Assembly (NCBI GenBank): GCA_025936825.1
Contig: JAICSO010000010.1
Coordinates: 80,257-144,256, forward strand
Direction: 5' to 3'
Length of the DNA stretch: 64,000 nt
DNA from: Terriglobales bacterium
GTDB lineage: Bacteria; Acidobacteriota; Terriglobia; Terriglobales; Acidobacteriaceae
The notes beneath the pieces are model-generated. The model made no database searches and was not told where the DNA came from. It was given only the letters and a program-made list of their open reading frames with translations. Every line of letters begins with the position of its first letter. The first letter of the stretch is position 1. The position numbers and the translations under genes were made by a program. This document shows positions 9,111 to 17,774 of the stretch, piece by piece.

Positions 9111-10075
9111 TCCGTCTTCCACCAATCTGCCGTCAATTGGCGATAGATTTCAGGCGTGTCCAGATTGTCCCGAGTCATCAGAATCGGAGGAAGTACGGTA
9201 ACGCCGGGTGTGCCCTCCCCACGCAACTGCGCCAGCATTAGAGTCATGGCAGTGTGCCCCATGTCATACGTGCGCTGCATTATGACGGAATCAAGACCAC
9301 CGGTCCGCAGCGGTGGAATCAGGTCCTGATCGAATCCGATCAACTTAATCGCGCGGGCTTTGCCGAACTCCACGAGAGCGTAGTACGCGCCGCGTGTCGA
9401 ACTTGTCGACAGCGCTACTATGGCATCAACCGCGGGCCCGGAGTTCAGCAGATCTTCAGCGGTCTGCTGCTCTTGCGGAACGCTGTAGTAACCGAGTCTG
9501 CGGGCGACAACATGAATATTCGGGAACTCCTTGCCAAGCGTATTCTCAAGCGCTCGCTCACGGTCCCGTATTCCAGTGAGTTGCGGATTCAAGCCGAGAA
9601 TCGCTACTGAGCCGCTTCCTTTCAGAATGTTCCCCAGCCGTCGCGCTGCCATTTCTCCGCCGGCGGCGTCGTCATTCAGCACATATGACAGCTTTGAGGT
9701 AGGAGCGATGCCCAGATTCGTCCCAACCACGACCATTGGCAAACCCCGGCTCACAATCCGCCTGACGGGTGTTCGCAAGGGGAGGGTTTCGTCTGGTGTA
9801 AGAATGATGCCGGACGGACTGCGGCCAACAACTTGATCGAGAAGAGCGATCTGTCCCTCGACGTCGTCTTCCCTGGGTGGAGCATTCCAATAGACTTGCA
9901 AACCGTTTTTGTAGGCCAAATGCGTAACGCCCGCATGCTCCGGTTCCCAAAGCACGGTACCGCAGGAGCGCGGGATGACCGCAATCAGCTTGGGGTTGCG
10001 AGCGCAGGAACCTGAGAAAACGCATACTGTCGCGGCGATCACCATGACAGCGCGTGTGCGGGGCAAGGGAACCAT
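9107..10075 (-). CDS. Periplasmic sugar-binding protein (ribose/galactose-binding-protein-like, Peripla_BP type)
   Basis: The track ORF is 9107..10141. The likely start is the ATG at 10075 (MVPLPRTRAVMVIAATVCVFSGSCA, a signal or anchor). The body IAVIPRSCGTVLWEPEHAGV...GIILTPDETLPL...GLPMVVVGTNLG...AILGLNPQLTGIRDRERALE...AIVALSTSSTRGAYYAL...KLIGFDQD matches the type-I periplasmic-binding-protein / LacI-like sugar-binding fold. Confidence 0.75.
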   Translation of the reverse strand: MVPLPRTRAVMVIAATVCVFSGSCARNPKLIAVIPRSCGTVLWEPEHAGVTHLAYKNGLQVYWNAPPREDDVEGQIALLDQVVGRSPSGIILTPDETLPLRTPVRRIVSRGLPMVVVGTNLGIAPTSKLSYVLNDDAAGGEMAARRLGNILKGSGSVAILGLNPQLTGIRDRERALENTLGKEFPNIHVVARRLGYYSVPQEQQTAEDLLNSGPAVDAIVALSTSSTRGAYYALVEFGKARAIKLIGFDQDLIPPLRTGGLDSVIMQRTYDMGHTAMTLMLAQLRGEGTPGVTVLPPILMTRDNLDTPEIYRQLTADWWKTE

Positions 10076-10277
10076 GGTCGAGTGGTCTGCTGAATGAATG
10101 CCGAGGACGCCAGAGGTTTCTGCGGCGCCTAATACATTCATAGTACATCTGTCTCATGTGCTCTGGCTGCAAAATCGCTTAGCCTTCTGGCACCCTCACA
10201 GTGTGAAAAACAAGGGGCAAAGGGTCAAGGACAGTAAACGCTTACCCATCTCCATGAAAGCAGTCCCAGGAGTGCAC

Positions 10278-13200
10278 ATGGTAGTCAAAAAGATTTTCCT
10301 ATTCGCGATTGCGATCCTACTGACGTCTCCCGCGTGGGCGCAGTTCACCAGTAACGTACAGGGCGTGGTGCAGGATTCGTCGGGCGCAGTCATTTCCAAA
10401 GCCACGGTCACGCTCACGAATCAGGCAACGCAGGCGAGCCGTTCGACAACGAGTGACGCCGATGGCAATTTCCGATTCGTCAGTTTGGCACCGGGATCGT
10501 ACAAGCTGGCAGTCGAAGCCGCAGGTTACAGCAAGTCGGAGTCGACGCTCACCTTGCTGACCGAGCAGAATTTGAACGTTCCGGTCACGCTGAAGGTCGG
10601 GGCAGTAACGGAGGCAGTGACGGTCACCTCCGCCACGCCGGTGGTCGATACAGCCGACAGCCGCGTTGAGCTTACGCTCGAAAATCAGTCTGTGGCTGAA
10701 CTGCCGGTGATAGGTCGGAACCTCGTCACGCTTGTCACCATGGCGCCCGGCGTTTCCGGTCTCGGCACGAGTTCTTCCGGCAGTCCGGCCTCGGGCGTCG
10801 ACAATTTCTCAACCGAAGAGCAAGTTGACGCCAGTGCCAACGGCCAAGGACAAAACAACAATCAGTACGTGATTGATGGTCTGGATGTCACCAGCGGCAT
10901 TCGTCAAGGCGTATTGAACCTGACGCCGCAGCCGGATGCGATTCAAGAAACCAGCATTCAGGTGAACACCTTCAGCAGCGAATACAGCCGCGCTGCCGGG
11001 CTTCAAACCATTTTCACGACGAGGTCTGGAACTGACCAGTTCCACGGATCGGCTTCCGACTGGTTCAACTATCAAGGAATGTTCGCCAATCAGCATTTCG
11101 TCAGTTCCTCGAGCAGTCCTTACAAGCCGTTCCACTCCAACAATATGAATTTCGCGATCGGCGGCCCAATCATTCCCCACAAGGGCAGCTTCTTCTACTT
11201 TGCGGTGGAGGCGTTGCGATCGTCATCGAGCGCCGGCGGATCGGTGACATTCCCCGCTCCGGAATTTATTGCCTACGCGCAGGCCAATTATCCGAATACG
11301 GTTGGAACTCACATCCTGAGCACCTACTTACCTTCCGGAGTTGGAGGCGTACAGACAATAAGTTTCCTCAACGGGAACATTCCGATGATTGATAAAGGAT
11401 TTTTTGGCGCGACCTCGCGACGGAATGGAACGCAGTATTTTGCACGCATTGACCAAACCTTTCATAAAGACCGGGTTTACGCCAGCCTGTTCCGCACCCT
11501 GCTGCTGACCGGCGCCCCGTCACCTATGACTCAGTTTTCGGCATTGAACAACACGTGGCAGGTCGCAGGGCAAGCCTCCTGGACTCATATGTTCTCCTCG
11601 AACACTCTGAATGATTTCACTGCCGGCGTCAGCCGAGTGGAAGGTGTTCTGGGCACAGGCGCTAAGGATTACACGGTTCCGTCTATTAACGTGACGGGAA
11701 TCAACGTGGACTCCGGGCAAGCATACGGCACAGGCTTTGCGCAGGGAGATTTTATTCAACACAACTGGCACTGGCGTGACGTTCTCACCCACGTGCGCGG
11801 TGCACACACTCTGAAGTTCGGTTACGAAGGCTGGTACGGGGACGACGTGGAGCCGTTCCAGGGACCGTGGTCACAGCCGAAATTCGACTTCAACGACCTG
11901 CTTTCGCTGGCGCAAGATGCGCCGCGTGACGAGAACGGGGTGATGTATAACCCGGCGACCGGAACGCAGCAGTTGTGGAACTGGGACGCGGCATCTCGAA
12001 CCTTTGGGTTATTTGTTCAAGATACCTGGAAGGCTCGCAAGAACCTGACGCTTACTCTGGGCTTGCGCTACGACGATAGCGGCAACCCGTGGTCGAAGAG
12101 TCCTTCTACCGTCTTTGGGAACTTCTATTTCGGTACTGGTGATACGGTTCAACAGCAAATCGCGAATGGTTACGCCAAAGGGACGCACAACGCCCTGTTG
12201 CACTCAGTCAACAATCTCTTCAGCCCGCGTGTGGGATTTGCTTGGGATCCGACCGGCAACGGCGACTGGGCAGTCCGCGGCGGGTTTGGCATATACAACA
12301 ACTGGCTGACACAGGCCAACGTCCAAGAGGAGTTCCGCGGGAGTCCTCCGGGACTGGTTCTGCCGACTTTCTTCGCCGGTGGAACTGCAACAGCCCAGGC
12401 ACCCATCTTTGTACTCGGAACGAGCAGCAAGCCGCCATTTGGGTTCACCTTCCCTACGTTCCAAGGCGGATTGAATGCGCAAGGAGGTGTGGTCGGCGCC
12501 AGCTTCAATATCGGCGGCATCAACCCTCTACTCAAATCTCCGAAGGCTGACATCTGGATGCTTAGTGTTCAGCGAAAACTGAACCGCTATCTAGCTGCCA
12601 GCGTGGGCTATTCTGGATCCCATTCGTACGATATCGTCAGCAATGGCAATTCCACTGGCATAGTCAGCTATGGTGTTGACATCAACGTCCAGCCTGGCGA
12701 TCTCATTACCCATCAGAGCATCGTCCCGACTCGGCTCAATCCAAGCTTCGGTGCAATTACCTATTCGGCGAATGACCGCTACGCGAACTACAACAGCGTC
12801 TACTTTGACCTGAGGGGTAAGTTCTCGCGAGGCTTCATCGATGCTTCGTACACTCGCTCGCGCGCCAAAGATGATGCGCTTACATACCCCGACCCCTTCA
12901 ATCCAAAACGTTATTACGGCTTGTCGCCGTTCGACGTACCGAACCGCTTCTCAATCACCTTCAATTATTCGCTGAAAGGATTGGCTGGCGGAAAGGGAGC
13001 AGTGGGCTTACTCACGGGTGGCTGGGGAGTGAGCGGCACCAGCATCTTCCAGTCGGGATACCCTTTAACCGCTACCACCAATGCGTCGTACCAACCCATT
13101 TGTCAGAATGGTGCGACAAATTGCCCATCAGCCGGCAATCCGGCCATCGGCTACGCTCCTGGGAGCGGGGACTTCAACGCGGACGGCAACAACTTCGACT

Positions 13201-13541
13201 TCCCCGACGCGACGAGCTACAGCCAGTCGACTAACAATAGAAGTTGGCTTACGGGCGCTATACCCACAAGCAATTTCGCAATCCCTGCGTTCGGGCAAGA
13301 AGGTAACGAAAAATCGAACGGCTTCCGGGGACCAAACTTCTACGAGACCAACGTAAACTTCTATAAGGACACACACATAACCGAGCGGATCAACTTCCAA
13401 CTGCGGTTTGAATTTTTCAATATCTTCAACCGCGCAAACTACGCAAACGTTGACACCAATCTTCCGGACGGAAGTTTCGGGGAGGCTACTGCTTCCCACG
13501 AGCCGAGGTTCTGGCAGATCGGCGGCAGGATTTCCTTCTAG
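10278..13541 (+). CDS. TonB-dependent outer-membrane receptor with an N-terminal carboxypeptidase-regulatory-like domain
   Basis: The track ORF starts at 10098. The ATG at 10278 is preceded by AGGAG (10267-10271) and gives the signal MVVKKIFLFAIAILLTSPAWAQ. FTSNVQGVVQDSSGAVISKATVTLTNQATQASRSTTSDADGNFRFVSLAPGSYKL is a CarboxypepD_reg domain. The plug region reads LPVIGRNLVTLVTMAPGV, and the protein ends in a C-terminal aromatic residue (...GGRISF). Confidence 0.85.
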   Translation: MVVKKIFLFAIAILLTSPAWAQFTSNVQGVVQDSSGAVISKATVTLTNQATQASRSTTSDADGNFRFVSLAPGSYKLAVEAAGYSKSESTLTLLTEQNLNVPVTLKVGAVTEAVTVTSATPVVDTADSRVELTLENQSVAELPVIGRNLVTLVTMAPGVSGLGTSSSGSPASGVDNFSTEEQVDASANGQGQNNNQYVIDGLDVTSGIRQGVLNLTPQPDAIQETSIQVNTFSSEYSRAAGLQTIFTTRSGTDQFHGSASDWFNYQGMFANQHFVSSSSSPYKPFHSNNMNFAIGGPIIPHKGSFFYFAVEALRSSSSAGGSVTFPAPEFIAYAQANYPNTVGTHILSTYLPSGVGGVQTISFLNGNIPMIDKGFFGATSRRNGTQYFARIDQTFHKDRVYASLFRTLLLTGAPSPMTQFSALNNTWQVAGQASWTHMFSSNTLNDFTAGVSRVEGVLGTGAKDYTVPSINVTGINVDSGQAYGTGFAQGDFIQHNWHWRDVLTHVRGAHTLKFGYEGWYGDDVEPFQGPWSQPKFDFNDLLSLAQDAPRDENGVMYNPATGTQQLWNWDAASRTFGLFVQDTWKARKNLTLTLGLRYDDSGNPWSKSPSTVFGNFYFGTGDTVQQQIANGYAKGTHNALLHSVNNLFSPRVGFAWDPTGNGDWAVRGGFGIYNNWLTQANVQEEFRGSPPGLVLPTFFAGGTATAQAPIFVLGTSSKPPFGFTFPTFQGGLNAQGGVVGASFNIGGINPLLKSPKADIWMLSVQRKLNRYLAASVGYSGSHSYDIVSNGNSTGIVSYGVDINVQPGDLITHQSIVPTRLNPSFGAITYSANDRYANYNSVYFDLRGKFSRGFIDASYTRSRAKDDALTYPDPFNPKRYYGLSPFDVPNRFSITFNYSLKGLAGGKGAVGLLTGGWGVSGTSIFQSGYPLTATTNASYQPICQNGATNCPSAGNPAIGYAPGSGDFNADGNNFDFPDATSYSQSTNNRSWLTGAIPTSNFAIPAFGQEGNEKSNGFRGPNFYETNVNFYKDTHITERINFQLRFEFFNIFNRANYANVDTNLPDGSFGEATASHEPRFWQIGGRISF

Positions 13542-13560
13542 GCGTTTGGAGAATAGCAGC

Positions 13561-13590
13561 GGCCCGCTCCAAAGGAGCGGGCCTTTTTTG
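13561..13590 (+). terminator. Rho-independent terminator of the TonB-dependent receptor gene
   Basis: GGCCCGCTCC (13561-13570), loop AAA, GGAGCGGGCC (13574-13583). This is a perfect 10-bp GC-rich stem, followed directly by TTTTTT (13584-13589), 20 nt after the stop codon. Confidence 0.8.
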
Positions 13591-13627
13591 TTATGTTGGA
13601 GAAGCAAGATTCGGAATTTCTGACTAG

Positions 13628-15106
13628 ATGAACTCCACATTTCCGGTCCGCCTGCGCGTCATTGTCGCGGTACTTGCCACTTCCCTGCTCTTGTTTCCGC
13701 TCGGTTTGCGCGCGCAAAATGCGGGTGTTGAGGAAAACCGGATCGCATCTGAGTTGCGTGAAGGGAACAACGAGAAGGCGCTTGAACTGTTGTCCACCGC
13801 GGTGCAGAAGTATCCGACCGATGCGCAGCTTTGGACCATGCAAGGCGTTGCCTACTCGCGACAGGGGCAAAAGAAAGAAGCCCTGACAGCTTTTCAACAC
13901 GCGCTGAAACTCGCTCCTGACGCGATTCCTGCGCTGGAAGGTGCCGCGCAGATCGAATTCGAAGCCGGCGATACTCGCGCCATTCCTCATCTTGAGCGCC
14001 TGCTGAAGCTGCGGCCAGAAGACACAACCAGTCATGGGATGCTTGCCGTACTGCAATACCAACAAGCAAACTGCGGCAAAGCGCTCCCTCACTTCGAGAA
14101 GGCTGAGGCCCTGTTTCAGGGCCATCCCGACGCGTTGCATGCTTACGCGGTCTGTCTGGTTCGCGCCAAACAAATGGACAAGGCCGCTTCTGTCCTGGAA
14201 AATGCGGCTCGGTTCGAGTCTGGGAACGCCCAGGAGACGAGATTGCTGGCGAGTGTTGAACTTATGGCGCATCACCCGGAATCGGCATTGTCTGCCCTCG
14301 CCCCTCTGCTTAAATCGGGAACGCCTGACGCTGAAACACTGGAATTGGCGTCGCTCGCATATGAAGCGACACACGACACCCAACGTGCAGTAGACGCCCT
14401 GCGGCAAGCCATTCTGGCCGATCCGAAAAATACAAGTTTGTACCTGGATTTCGCGAACCTGGCCGCTGATCACCAATCCTTTCAGGTAGGAATCAATGTC
14501 GTGAATGATGGGTTGGCTTTGCAGCCCCAGTCGGCGCCTTTGTACTTTGCGCGCGGTATGCTGTATTCGCAAGTTTCCGATTACGACAAGGCGCAGGCGG
14601 ATTTCGAAACGGCTTACCGCCTCGATCCGAAACAGTCATTGAGCGCCGCCGCACAAGGGCTGATGGCGGCGCAGCAGAACGACTTTGATGGCGCGCTCAA
14701 GTCTATCGACGAGAAGCTGGCGAAAAAGCCGAATGATCCAGTTCTCCTCTATCTCAAGGCTGACATCCTCACCCAACAAGGCGCCGAAACTGGCACCGAG
14801 AGGTTCGCAACTGCGATGCGCGAGGCCAAGCAGGCCGTCGCTTTGAATCCGGCGCTCGCGCCGGCTCACGCGGTCTTGTCAAAGCTGTATTTGCAGGGGG
14901 GAGACAACCAGCAGGCGATCAAAGAGAGCCGGAAGGCTCTCGAGCTAAACCCCAAGGATCAAGCTTCGATCTACCGGCTGATCCAAGCCTTACGCAAGGC
15001 AGGAGACACCGCGGAAGTTCCCGGTCTTTTGAAACGTCTTGCACGACTGCGCGAAGAAACCACGAAGCAGGAGCGAGAACAGAATCGTTTCAAACTGGTT
15101 GAGTGA
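13628..15106 (+). CDS. Secreted tetratricopeptide-repeat (TPR) protein, paralog B
   Basis: 492 aa with signal MNSTFPVRLRVIVAVLATSLLLFPLGLRAQ. It aligns by eye end to end with 2842..4314. Examples: ALKLAPDAIPALEGAAQIEFEAGD vs ALKLTPNYLPALEGAAQIQYEADN; KAQADFETAYRLDPKQS vs KAQADFDKAEQLDPQHS; LNPKDQASIYRLIQALRKAGDTAEVPGLLKRLA vs QNPKDQTALYRMIVALRKTDHKEEIPDLLKRLA. Confidence 0.85.
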   Translation: MNSTFPVRLRVIVAVLATSLLLFPLGLRAQNAGVEENRIASELREGNNEKALELLSTAVQKYPTDAQLWTMQGVAYSRQGQKKEALTAFQHALKLAPDAIPALEGAAQIEFEAGDTRAIPHLERLLKLRPEDTTSHGMLAVLQYQQANCGKALPHFEKAEALFQGHPDALHAYAVCLVRAKQMDKAASVLENAARFESGNAQETRLLASVELMAHHPESALSALAPLLKSGTPDAETLELASLAYEATHDTQRAVDALRQAILADPKNTSLYLDFANLAADHQSFQVGINVVNDGLALQPQSAPLYFARGMLYSQVSDYDKAQADFETAYRLDPKQSLSAAAQGLMAAQQNDFDGALKSIDEKLAKKPNDPVLLYLKADILTQQGAETGTERFATAMREAKQAVALNPALAPAHAVLSKLYLQGGDNQQAIKESRKALELNPKDQASIYRLIQALRKAGDTAEVPGLLKRLARLREETTKQEREQNRFKLVE

Positions 15107-15142
15107 CGACAAACTTGGTTCGGCTATCCCTTCACTGTTTTC

Positions 15143-16471
15143 TTAGAAAACAAACGTCGTTGATGCGTATGGGTAATTGTAGGACTGGCCCGGGGTTGCG
15201 TTGTTCAGGAAAGTCCCCGGGAAGATGTGGCCGAAACCGCCGCTGAATTGAAATTGGCGGGAGAAGTTGTATGCTACTGCGCCGTCGAGTTCCTGGCCGA
15301 CGAACCTTCCAGCACTGCCATTTGCGACGCGAACGATTAGCGTGCTGGCCGCGTTGTAAAGTCCATCGTGCGGGTCCGCCAGCCACCAGGCATCGTATCT
15401 TGCGATGGCTGTCCACTTCTTCGAGGGCTTGGTTTCGAATGACAGGCGTGCGTTGCGAATGTTCTTCCAACCCACCTGATCATCCATGCCGTACTTGTCG
15501 TGACCGGTGGCGTAAAGCTGGTCGAATGTGCCACGGTGGCCGTCTTGCGGATTCGCATCGCCGGAGGCGTAGTTATACTCGAGCGCGATCCGCGGGTGCA
15601 AATGCTTTGTCGGCAGAGTCTTTCCGAGTACCCAGTGCCCAGCCCAAGAGCCGATGGTATCAGCGCCAAGTGATCCCGTCTGTCGATCCATTTCGAGGCC
15701 GTAATCCCAATTTGCGCGGAACTTACCGACCCAGCGAACACCCGCAGTGCCGAAGTTCATGATCCCGGGCGTGCCGAGCTCGGTTTTGAGGCCAGACTGA
15801 CGACGCCACAAGAAATAAGGTTCCACCGTGGCGTTCGGAACGAGTGCCTCGATTCTGCCGTACGCTCCGTAAAGATTGTTGCCGGGAGTGCTCCAGTCGA
15901 ACTCGCCGTCCTCCTGCCTAACGACACGAGCAGCGAAGAGATCGATGCGATAGCGGCCGCTACGCAGGCTTCCGCGCAGTGCGTCAAAGCTGCGAGCGGT
16001 GTTGGTGTAATTCGAGTTGCCGATCAACCGCTCGTCACCGAATGCGAGTTCCTGGCGGCCAGCGCGGAAACCAATCCGGTTTTTCTCGATGTCGCCGAGT
16101 TCAACATAGCCCTGGCGGAGGTCGAATGTGTCCTGATACGGCGGGGCAGCGGGATTCTGGTTCTTCCAGAAGACGCGTGCATCCTCGGCTTGAAACCCGA
16201 ATTTCAGCCATAATTCGGGACGCAAAGTCATGTTCAGGCGCAGGCGGCTCAGAAGGTAGGCATCCTTGGTGTTGAACTTAAATCCACCGCCAGTAAAACC
16301 TTCCGCGCGGGCGCGATACTCGCCACCCAGCTGAAGCCACTTCGGAAGCTGTGCATTAACGTTTTCAGAAAGCAATTTCTTGTCAGCTTGCGGATTCGCG
16401 GCTGGGGCTTGCGAGAAGGCGCGCAGCGAGACAAACAAAATCAATAATCCCAAGACTGTTACACGAGACAT
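15143..16471 (-). CDS. Outer-membrane beta-barrel porin, alginate-export (AlgE-like) family
   Basis: 442 aa with signal MSRVTVLGLLILFVSLRAFSQA. It then reads WLQLGGEYRARAEGFTGGGFKFNTKDAYLLSRLRLNMTLRPELWLKFGFQAEDARVF, shows alternating beta-strand periodicity throughout, and ends in a terminal aromatic residue (...STTFVF). It lies 46 nt downstream of narK on the same strand. Confidence 0.65.
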   Translation of the reverse strand: MSRVTVLGLLILFVSLRAFSQAPAANPQADKKLLSENVNAQLPKWLQLGGEYRARAEGFTGGGFKFNTKDAYLLSRLRLNMTLRPELWLKFGFQAEDARVFWKNQNPAAPPYQDTFDLRQGYVELGDIEKNRIGFRAGRQELAFGDERLIGNSNYTNTARSFDALRGSLRSGRYRIDLFAARVVRQEDGEFDWSTPGNNLYGAYGRIEALVPNATVEPYFLWRRQSGLKTELGTPGIMNFGTAGVRWVGKFRANWDYGLEMDRQTGSLGADTIGSWAGHWVLGKTLPTKHLHPRIALEYNYASGDANPQDGHRGTFDQLYATGHDKYGMDDQVGWKNIRNARLSFETKPSKKWTAIARYDAWWLADPHDGLYNAASTLIVRVANGSAGRFVGQELDGAVAYNFSRQFQFSGGFGHIFPGTFLNNATPGQSYNYPYASTTFVF

Positions 16472-16517
16472 GAATGCTCCATATGAATGCGAGTTATATA
16501 TGAATAGTACGAGTTTC

Positions 16518-17774
16518 TCAGTTCTCGTCGGCAGATACCAGGTTGCGTGCGAAGGTGCGGAAGCAGAACACGCCCGAGCGACTCACGAATGCTTCATCCC
16601 AATCGCGTGCCCACGCAGTGCCACGCAGCAGAAGTAGAGCGGAAGCCACGAAGAACGCGATTGAAAAGGCGAGAAGGCCAGTGCCATAGTCGCCCACACG
16701 ATCCTTGGTCGCTCCAAGAAGCGACGGGAGGAGAAAGCCGCCGAGACCTCCGGCGGCCCCCACAAGTCCGGTGACAACTCCAACATGCCGAGAGAATCTC
16801 TGCGGAACCAGTTGGAACACCGCACCATTTCCCATGCCAAGCATTCCCATGCAGAGAAAAAGCAGCGGCACAACGACCGGAAGTTCGGGTAGGGAGCTGA
16901 TGGCTGCAAGGCAGCAACCGACGCCCGCAAGCAGCGCGAGGAGCAGTCGATAGCCGCCAATACGATCGGCAATCCAACCGCCTACCGGGCGCAAGAAACT
17001 GCCCGCCACCACGACCAGCGTGGTGAAGTCCCCGGCGTGAACCTTCGTCAACCCATACTGGTCGTGGAAGAAGAGGGTGAGGAAGCTTGCGAGGCCGACG
17101 AAGCCGCCGAAAGTGAAGCAGTAGAACAAGCAGAACCACGCGGTGTCGGCCTGGCGGAAGATGACAACATAGTCGCGCCATGCCGGTCGCGGTGGACGCT
17201 TGGGGCTGTCCTTGGCCATCAGAGAATAGAGGACCAACACCAGGGCTACCGGCAGCATCGCTAAGGCAAAAGCGTTCGGCCATCCGTAGTGCTGTGCGAA
17301 TCGCGGCGCGAACAGGGTTGCTAACAGTGTCCCCGAGTTGCCTGCGCCAGCGATGCCCATGGCGAGACCTTGATATTCAGGCGGGTACCACGTTCCGGCG
17401 AGCGGCAGTGCAACGGCGAAGCTTGCGCCCGCGATCCCGAGCAAGAATCCAATCAGATAGAAGCTATGCAGACTCGACGCGAATCGCCATCCCAAGAACA
17501 GCGGGATGAGCGTGACCGCGAGTCCGACGATTCCCGCGCGGCGCGGGCCGAGGACATCACCCAACACGCCGAGAATTGGGCGGAAGAACGACCCCGCCAG
17601 CAGTGGCAAGGCGACAAGAAATCCTTTTTGCGTTGCTGAGAGTTTGTAGGTTTCTGCGACGAACGGTCCGAGCGGACCGAGCAGCACCCACGCCATAAAG
17701 CTGACGTCGAAGTACAGAAATGCCGCAATGAGCGATGGAGTATGACCGGCGTTACGAAAATCTGAGATCTTCAC
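16518..17774 (-). CDS. narK: MFS nitrate/nitrite transporter
   Basis: The track ORF runs to 17996 but would then overlap nirD by 245 nt. An in-frame GTG at 17774 is preceded by AAGGAG with an 8-nt spacer (minus strand taAGGAGcgtccctGTG). The product VKISDFRNAGHTPSLIAAFLYFDVSFMAWVLLGPLGPFVAETYKLSATQKGFLVALPLLAGSFFRPILGVLGDVLGPRRAG... is a 12-TM NNP-family MFS protein. Confidence 0.85.
   Translation of the reverse strand: MKISDFRNAGHTPSLIAAFLYFDVSFMAWVLLGPLGPFVAETYKLSATQKGFLVALPLLAGSFFRPILGVLGDVLGPRRAGIVGLAVTLIPLFLGWRFASSLHSFYLIGFLLGIAGASFAVALPLAGTWYPPEYQGLAMGIAGAGNSGTLLATLFAPRFAQHYGWPNAFALAMLPVALVLVLYSLMAKDSPKRPPRPAWRDYVVIFRQADTAWFCLFYCFTFGGFVGLASFLTLFFHDQYGLTKVHAGDFTTLVVVAGSFLRPVGGWIADRIGGYRLLLALLAGVGCCLAAISSLPELPVVVPLLFLCMGMLGMGNGAVFQLVPQRFSRHVGVVTGLVGAAGGLGGFLLPSLLGATKDRVGDYGTGLLAFSIAFFVASALLLLRGTAWARDWDEAFVSRSGVFCFRTFARNLVSADEN

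Noticed and set aside
10188-10203. TGGCAC (sigma-54 -24-like) upstream of the first TonB-dependent receptor
   Set aside because: The -12 position reads CAGTG rather than TTGC(A/T), so the GG-N10-GC rule is not met.
13538-14572. 344-aa minus-strand ORF antisense to TPR paralog B
   Set aside because: It is Arg/Gln/Gly/Leu-rich with no recognisable motif and lies entirely antisense to a CDS that has a full-length paralog in the window. This is the typical shadow ORF of GC-rich DNA.
16470-16517. Three ATGAAT(G/A) direct repeats in the narK-porin spacer
   Set aside because: These are short AT-rich repeats in a 46-nt spacer that also contains the porin SD. They are too short to separate from chance.
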